NCBI GenBank assembly: GCA_963741095.1
Contig: CAVUGN010000001.1
Location: 1 to 64,000 of the forward strand
DNA length: 64,000 nucleotides
Direction of reading: 5' to 3'
Origin: an uncultured Candidatus Micrarchaeota archaeon
GTDB taxonomy: Archaea; Micrarchaeota; Micrarchaeia; Micrarchaeales; Micrarchaeaceae
Both the position numbers and the translations under genes were made by a program. The notes below the pieces were generated by a model, which was not told the DNA's origin, made no database searches, and saw nothing but the letters and a program-made list of their open reading frames with translations. Shown in pieces: positions 58,861 to 64,000 of this stretch (the first letter of the stretch is position 1; every line of letters begins with the position of its first letter).

Positions 58861-59931
58861 TTATCCACCAGAAATTACTTTTTCGTACACTTTCATTGTC
58901 TCTTCGGCGGCCTTGTCCCATGTGAAGCCCTGCGCGTAGCTGGCTGATTCTTTCATTGCTGTTTTGTCGTAGCCTTTCTTGTAGAGATTGTAGAACATGT
59001 CGGCCATCTCCTCGTCTGTGTAGGCCCTCATGCAGTGCTTGCTCACTTCGCCCGGCACTATGCCGTTGCCGTTTATTATCACTGGTAGACCGCAAGCCTG
59101 CGCCTCTATTATCGGTATGCCGAAGGTCTCTGCGAAGCTCGGGAAGGCGAAGACGTCGAAGGAGTTGTACATCCTGACTTTATTCTCCTGCTTCACCGGT
59201 CCCATCATTTTTATGTTGCTGTGATCCTTCGCGATGCTCATTATCTCCTGCATAAGGTGCTTCGTGCCAGGCTTCCCGTGCAGCTGGAGCTCTACGTTGC
59301 CCTGCTCCTTCTTGCCGAGCATGTTATTGAATGCAATGAACGCGTTTATCAGGAACCTGGGATCCTTGTTGGGCGACATCCCGCTCAGCGTGCCGATGAC
59401 GAACTTGTCGTGGCTCAAGCCCATCGGCTTGTATTCCGGGGTGACCCCGTGATTGACCACGAATATCTTGTCGCGGTCGACGTCCGCGAAATCGATCATG
59501 AGCTGCTTGACGTTCGATGAGACCGCTATGATCGCGGCAGCGCGCTCCATCTTGTACTGCGTGCTGTACTGCCCCAGCTTTATCCATATGTCCTCGCTTA
59601 TGCTGTGGTCGCCCTTCTGTATGAGCAGTATGTCCTTTGTCATGAAGCTGCTCAGGCTGTGCATCGTGAATATGAATTTCTTGCTCATCTCCCTGCTCAG
59701 CGAGATGAGTGATCCTCCGTCTATGTCGTGTATTATGTCGACCGATTTTGCCATCCCGGTGAATCTTATCCTGTAGGAATCGAGCAGCGCGGTGGCAACG
59801 TTGGTGTACGGCATGTAGCTCAGCGAGACGCGCTTGTCCATCCTGCTGAGCAGCTCCGTGGTGAAGGTGCCGTTACCCGGCGCGACCTCCTTGCTCAGGT
59901 TGTTCCTGTGCGTGATTATCATTGTGCGCAT
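58861..59931 (-). CDS. GT4 glycosyltransferase
   Basis: IIAVS, FPSFAETFGIPIIEAQACGLP and FTWDKAA. Confidence 0.88.
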   Translation of the reverse strand: MRTMIITHRNNLSKEVAPGNGTFTTELLSRMDKRVSLSYMPYTNVATALLDSYRIRFTGMAKSVDIIHDIDGGSLISLSREMSKKFIFTMHSLSSFMTKDILLIQKGDHSISEDIWIKLGQYSTQYKMERAAAIIAVSSNVKQLMIDFADVDRDKIFVVNHGVTPEYKPMGLSHDKFVIGTLSGMSPNKDPRFLINAFIAFNNMLGKKEQGNVELQLHGKPGTKHLMQEIMSIAKDHSNIKMMGPVKQENKVRMYNSFDVFAFPSFAETFGIPIIEAQACGLPVIINGNGIVPGEVSKHCMRAYTDEEMADMFYNLYKKGYDKTAMKESASYAQGFTWDKAAEETMKVYEKVISGG

Positions 59932-59935
59932 TGGC

Positions 59936-61114
59936 TCACTGGTTCAGCATGTCCGTGAACTTCGATATGAACTTCTTCTCGCTATACCTGTCCTTTATGA
60001 GTTTATAGATTTTGAGTTTCCTGTCAAGGTATGCCTTGCCGTCCTTCTCGTGCGATTTGAAGAGGGTCAGTATCGCCTCTGAGAACGCGTCTACGTCGAA
60101 AGGCTTTACCAGCGTGCCCTGGGCGCCGGCCTTGATTATCTCGTTCGGGCCGGACACGTCAAATGCCACGGCAGGTATGCCGTAGCTCTGCGCCTCCAGG
60201 AGCGACAGGCCCGTCGTCTCGTACCTTGAGGGCAGGATGAAGAGGCTTGACCTCTTGTACTCGTTCTTCAGCGACGCGTCCGAGACGAAGCCGCGCCATG
60301 ATACGTTGCCGCGGTATTTGCGCTCCAGCCCCCTGACGATCGTTTCGCCGTCGTCCTTGGAGCCGATGATTCGGAACTTGATCTGCCCGTTCTTCTTGAG
60401 CGTCTTCCCTATTATCGTTTCCAGAAGGTCGATCCCTTTCTGCAGCACCGCTAACCTTCCCACAAAGAGGCATACGAATTCTTTGTTTGCCGCATTGGGT
60501 TTTGCGGACTCGAAGTAGAGGAAATGCGGGATGTGATAGACTTTTCCCTTGTAGTTCAGCCTGTGCAGCATGTGCACCTGCGTTTCGGTGAGCGCGTGCA
60601 CCTCCTTCACCCGCTTGAGCAGGAATTTCTGCACCATGTTCAGCACGGGACCGCTGTCTCCGCCCTTTTTCTCCATTAGGAACTCGGGGTTGTGCATCCC
60701 GAGTATGAACCGTTTTCTGTAGACCCTTGAAAGCAGCAACGAGTATGATATGAGCACAGGGTTGAGGGTTATGTCGTAGACTATGTCCGAATCCACTATC
60801 GCGCTCTTCAGCTTTGACAACTCCCTGGGCTTCGGCATGCGCATGGTGAACCTGCCGGTGTTCTTCAGCTTCGTCTTCACCCCGTAGCATTCCACATCCA
60901 CTATGTCTATGCCCTTGAGGTCGTAGGTCCTGAGCAGCTCCTGTTTCGATATCCTGATGTTGTCGCTCCGTGAGACTGGATTGACGATGGTGATGTCGAA
61001 ATCCTTTTTGATTCGCTCTGCCGTTTCCAACGCCCAGCGCTCGCCACCCCCGAATGACTGGAGCGTGTTGAGTATCATCGTGAGCCTTTTCTTGGGCGCC
61101 CTTTTGGTTTCCAT
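59936..61114 (-). CDS. GT4 glycosyltransferase
   Basis: GGGER, FVGRL..QKG and PSRYETTGLSLLEAQSYGIP. Confidence 0.88.
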   Translation of the reverse strand: METKRAPKKRLTMILNTLQSFGGGERWALETAERIKKDFDITIVNPVSRSDNIRISKQELLRTYDLKGIDIVDVECYGVKTKLKNTGRFTMRMPKPRELSKLKSAIVDSDIVYDITLNPVLISYSLLLSRVYRKRFILGMHNPEFLMEKKGGDSGPVLNMVQKFLLKRVKEVHALTETQVHMLHRLNYKGKVYHIPHFLYFESAKPNAANKEFVCLFVGRLAVLQKGIDLLETIIGKTLKKNGQIKFRIIGSKDDGETIVRGLERKYRGNVSWRGFVSDASLKNEYKRSSLFILPSRYETTGLSLLEAQSYGIPAVAFDVSGPNEIIKAGAQGTLVKPFDVDAFSEAILTLFKSHEKDGKAYLDRKLKIYKLIKDRYSEKKFISKFTDMLNQ

Positions 61115-61120
61115 ATCAAC

Positions 61121-62173
61121 TCATTTCTTTCTCTGCTTCTCGTACTCCTCTTTTATAAGCTCTATCAGCAGGTCGCCGTTCGGCTTCCTGTTGCCGTATT
61201 TCCTGTTAAGCTTTTGTATGGTCGCCTCCTTGTCAAGGCCAAGGTACTTGACAACGCCGGTCTTGTTTATTATCTTGGATATCTCGAACATCTCGTCCGC
61301 GTCGGGCTCCTTCCTCCATTCGTTGACTCTTTTGAGGTAGACGGTCTCTTTCTGCAATGCGCGCATCACGCTCTTTATGTTCTGCCGCTTGAGCGCATAG
61401 CCCAGATCCAGCAGGGTGTAATACATGAAATAGTCGAAGTTGCTTATCTCCTCGTCCTGTTTCTTCATTATCACGGTCTCATAGCCGAGCATGAGCGAGT
61501 TTATCACGCCGCCTAGGAGGGTCTTGTCCACGCTCCTGCTCTTGGGCATCAGCAGCTTCGAGACGTAGTCCATGACGCGCTTGTTGTACAGCCCGTACGA
61601 CAGCCTGTCCAGCTTCAGCATCTTCTGGTATTCTTCTCCGTAGTTAATCGTCTTCAGCTCAGCCACGTGGTCCATTGAGTATCTATCATCGAGCTTCTCG
61701 GTCGTGCCCTTGACAGTGGCCTGCTCGTGAAGGAAGCCCTTGAACTCGACCAGCTCCTTCCTGAAGAGCCTTATCTGCCAGGTATAGAACCCGGTTCTCT
61801 TGCCCTTGGCCACATCCTCGTACCTCTTGATGGCAAAGGCGCTGCATTTCGCATCGCCTATTATGCTCTTTATCTTGGACTTGAGAGCGGTGTTCAGCCG
61901 CTCGTCGGTGTCGATGAGCAGGACCCATGAAAATCTGCATTTCTTGAAGGCGTACATTCTCAACGCTTCCAGAGGGGCGAGCGAGACGACGTAGAATATC
62001 TGCAGCTTGCCCAGTTTCTGGCTCTTTTTTGCCGCGTGCAGCCTGTTTCTGTTCGCCTTGTTGCTCGAGTCCATGAGCACTATGTCATCGGCGACATCGT
62101 AAAGGTCGTTGACCAGGCCTAGGGTTTTCTCGACCTCGTCCCGCGAGAATATCAAAACCGAGAGTTTTTGCAT
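61121..62173 (-). CDS. GT2 glycosyltransferase
   Basis: LSVLI, MDS, WVLLIDTDE, QIRLFR and LHE; likely start MQKLSV. Confidence 0.75.
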   Translation of the reverse strand: MQKLSVLIFSRDEVEKTLGLVNDLYDVADDIVLMDSSNKANRNRLHAAKKSQKLGKLQIFYVVSLAPLEALRMYAFKKCRFSWVLLIDTDERLNTALKSKIKSIIGDAKCSAFAIKRYEDVAKGKRTGFYTWQIRLFRKELVEFKGFLHEQATVKGTTEKLDDRYSMDHVAELKTINYGEEYQKMLKLDRLSYGLYNKRVMDYVSKLLMPKSRSVDKTLLGGVINSLMLGYETVIMKKQDEEISNFDYFMYYTLLDLGYALKRQNIKSVMRALQKETVYLKRVNEWRKEPDADEMFEISKIINKTGVVKYLGLDKEATIQKLNRKYGNRKPNGDLLIELIKEEYEKQRKK

Positions 62174-62239
62174 TGGAAACACGTCGATTATAGATAAGAA
62201 TAAAAAGGTTAAAAGCATATTTATACCGCTTGTGATCTA

Positions 62240-63439
62240 TTGAGACTAGACAGCGGTTCGCACCCAAACCTGTACAAGCTGGGAATGAAGCTGCATAGCA
62301 TAAGTCCTGATCTTTGGGATTACGGCCTGCAGACCCTAGCGTTGCCCAGCCAGCTCTCTTCGGAAGCGAGGATGCGGTTCGGGGACAGGCGCAAGGCCGG
62401 GAAGATGAATGGCGCAGTCATAGAGCTGACGGTGCGGTGCAACCTAAGGTGCAGCATGTGCTGGTGGTGGGGCGAGAACGGAATAGCGTTCAAGCTGATG
62501 AAGGAGAAGCATCCGCTAGTCGCCAACGAGCTCACGACAAAAGAGATATTCAACGTGGTCGACCAATTGGAGGAGTGGAAGCCTTCCATATACCTATCGG
62601 GAGGTGAGCCGTTCATAAGGGACGATACTGTCGACATAATCGAGTACATAACCAAAAAAGGCATGTCGGTCATCACGAACGACAACGGGACGATACTCGC
62701 CGAAGACAAGCTGCAGAGGCTTGCGAAGATAAAGAACCTGACGATCAACTTCTCGATAGACGGGCCCAAGGAGATACACGACAAGATACGCGGCCAGGGG
62801 ATGTTCGACAAGACTGCCAGAACCATAAGGCGCCTGCTCGAATTGAGGGGCGACTCGATATATCCGGCCATCAAGACCAACACCACGTTCTCGCCATGGA
62901 TAGTCGGCAGCATAGACCCGCTGATAAGGTACCTGCAAGACGATGTCGGCGTCGATGCGGTAAGGATGCAGCACCTCTGGTTCACCGATAAGGAGCATGC
63001 AGAAGCGCACAAGAAAGTGCTCAAGCAGATATTCGACGCGAATGAGACGGGAGTAGATTCGCACATCATCTCGACCCCGGAGCCGGACTATCTGGAGAAG
63101 CTGGCCGATGAGATAATCAAGGTCGAAGGCACGAAGTACAAAAAACCGGTGTTCATACACCCGAGGCTCACGAAGGAACAGATAAAGAAGTATTACACCG
63201 ACCTGCTTTTCATGAAAAGGGATCGCTGCCTGATGGCCTGGGATTCGGTGCAGATAAAGGCGGACGGCAGCGTCGTCTTCTGCCCGGACGAATGGATAGC
63301 CGACTTCAAGCTCGGCAACGTGAGGGAGACCAGCATAAAGGAGATGTGGAACGGCGAAAAGGCGGGCAAGTTCAGGGAAGAGCTTTACAAACGGAAACTG
63401 TTCCCGGCGTGCGCCAGATGCTGCGCCCTGAACGGATGA
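62240..63439 (+). CDS. Radical SAM protein with SPASM/twitch domain
   Basis: ELTVRCNLRCSMC, GGEP and SIDG...HDKIRG; C-terminal C..W..ADG.V.FC..GNV..WNG..CARCC. Confidence 0.88.
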   Translation: MRLDSGSHPNLYKLGMKLHSISPDLWDYGLQTLALPSQLSSEARMRFGDRRKAGKMNGAVIELTVRCNLRCSMCWWWGENGIAFKLMKEKHPLVANELTTKEIFNVVDQLEEWKPSIYLSGGEPFIRDDTVDIIEYITKKGMSVITNDNGTILAEDKLQRLAKIKNLTINFSIDGPKEIHDKIRGQGMFDKTARTIRRLLELRGDSIYPAIKTNTTFSPWIVGSIDPLIRYLQDDVGVDAVRMQHLWFTDKEHAEAHKKVLKQIFDANETGVDSHIISTPEPDYLEKLADEIIKVEGTKYKKPVFIHPRLTKEQIKKYYTDLLFMKRDRCLMAWDSVQIKADGSVVFCPDEWIADFKLGNVRETSIKEMWNGEKAGKFREELYKRKLFPACARCCALNG

Positions 63440-64000
63440 TCAGGCCTTCGTTGCGAATATTATCCCGCTCCCCCTGTTGAGATCCTTGTCCCTGAGCTCG
63501 ATCTCGAATCCCTTCTTCTTCAGGAAATCGGCCATCTCGCCCCTCTTCCTGCCGCCCACTTCGTGGTACTCCATGCAGATGTAATCTACGTCGAAATCCT
63601 TGTCGCGCATCTCTTTTATCATGCCCCATTCGCTGCCCTCGGAATCCATCTTGAGTATGTCGACATGGCCCACCTTCTTCAGTATCGCGCTCATCGTTGT
63701 GCTCGTGACGAGCTTGTATCCCTCTCTCCCGCGGGCGTCGTTGCCCGCCCTGACCGTGGAGAACGAGACTGAGCTTTTGCTCGTGTAGAGCTTCACCTTG
63801 CCCCGGGTGCCGCCCACGGCAAGATTCAGCGGGACTATCCTTCCGGCGAGCTTGTTCGCCCTTATGTTCTCCTTCATCAGGTTGAAGTTGCTCATGTCCG
63901 GCTCGTAAGCGTAGACCTTCGGCATCTTCAGCGCGCTGCAGGCGTAGAGCGAGAACAGGCCTATGTGCGCGCCTATGTCCAAGACGGTAGGCTTGGCCCT
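63440..64000 (-). CDS. FkbM-family methyltransferase (5' end outside the window)
   Basis: DIGAHIGLF, AYEP, KMDSEGSE and MEYH. Confidence 0.85.
   Translation of the reverse strand, partial: RAKPTVLDIGAHIGLFSLYACSALKMPKVYAYEPDMSNFNLMKENIRANKLAGRIVPLNLAVGGTRGKVKLYTSKSSVSFSTVRAGNDARGREGYKLVTSTTMSAILKKVGHVDILKMDSEGSEWGMIKEMRDKDFDVDYICMEYHEVGGRKRGEMADFLKKKGFEIELRDKDLNRGSGIIFATKA

Overview
Archaeal chromosomal window. The S-layer type, aRF1, top6B, AglB and compact gene packing suggest a DPANN archaeon, most likely Ca. Micrarchaeota (inference). (1) 1.4-18.7 kb, all on the minus strand between top6B and thrS: a T4SS/Ced-like locus. It has two Cys-rich VirB2/CedA1-like pilin candidates, six tandem CedA/VirB6-like polytopic paralogs, two paralogous membrane-anchored coiled-coil proteins, a VirB4/CedB-like ATPase, a stand-alone copy of that ATPase's C-terminal domain and several unknown proteins. 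No relaxase, integrase or second ATPase was recognised. This is the best candidate for an undescribed system. (2) 18.9-27.4 kb: thrS, a carbamoyltransferase, a GT2, tRNA-Leu(TAG), serS, aRF1 and vapBC. (3) 27.4-42.2 kb: cell-surface genes, a single-ORF IS66, a GT-C-like membrane protein, the S-layer protein, a Thr-rich surface protein and a multiply frameshifted aglB. (4) 42.3-64 kb: a surface-glycan cluster with FBP aldolase/phosphatase, a transaldolase-heptose kinase fusion, an NDP-heptose pathway, six FkbM-like methyltransferases, four radical SAM enzymes and GT4/GT2 enzymes. Several small indels between 39.5 and 47.8 kb look like consensus errors. All calls come from reading motifs by eye; no database search was run.
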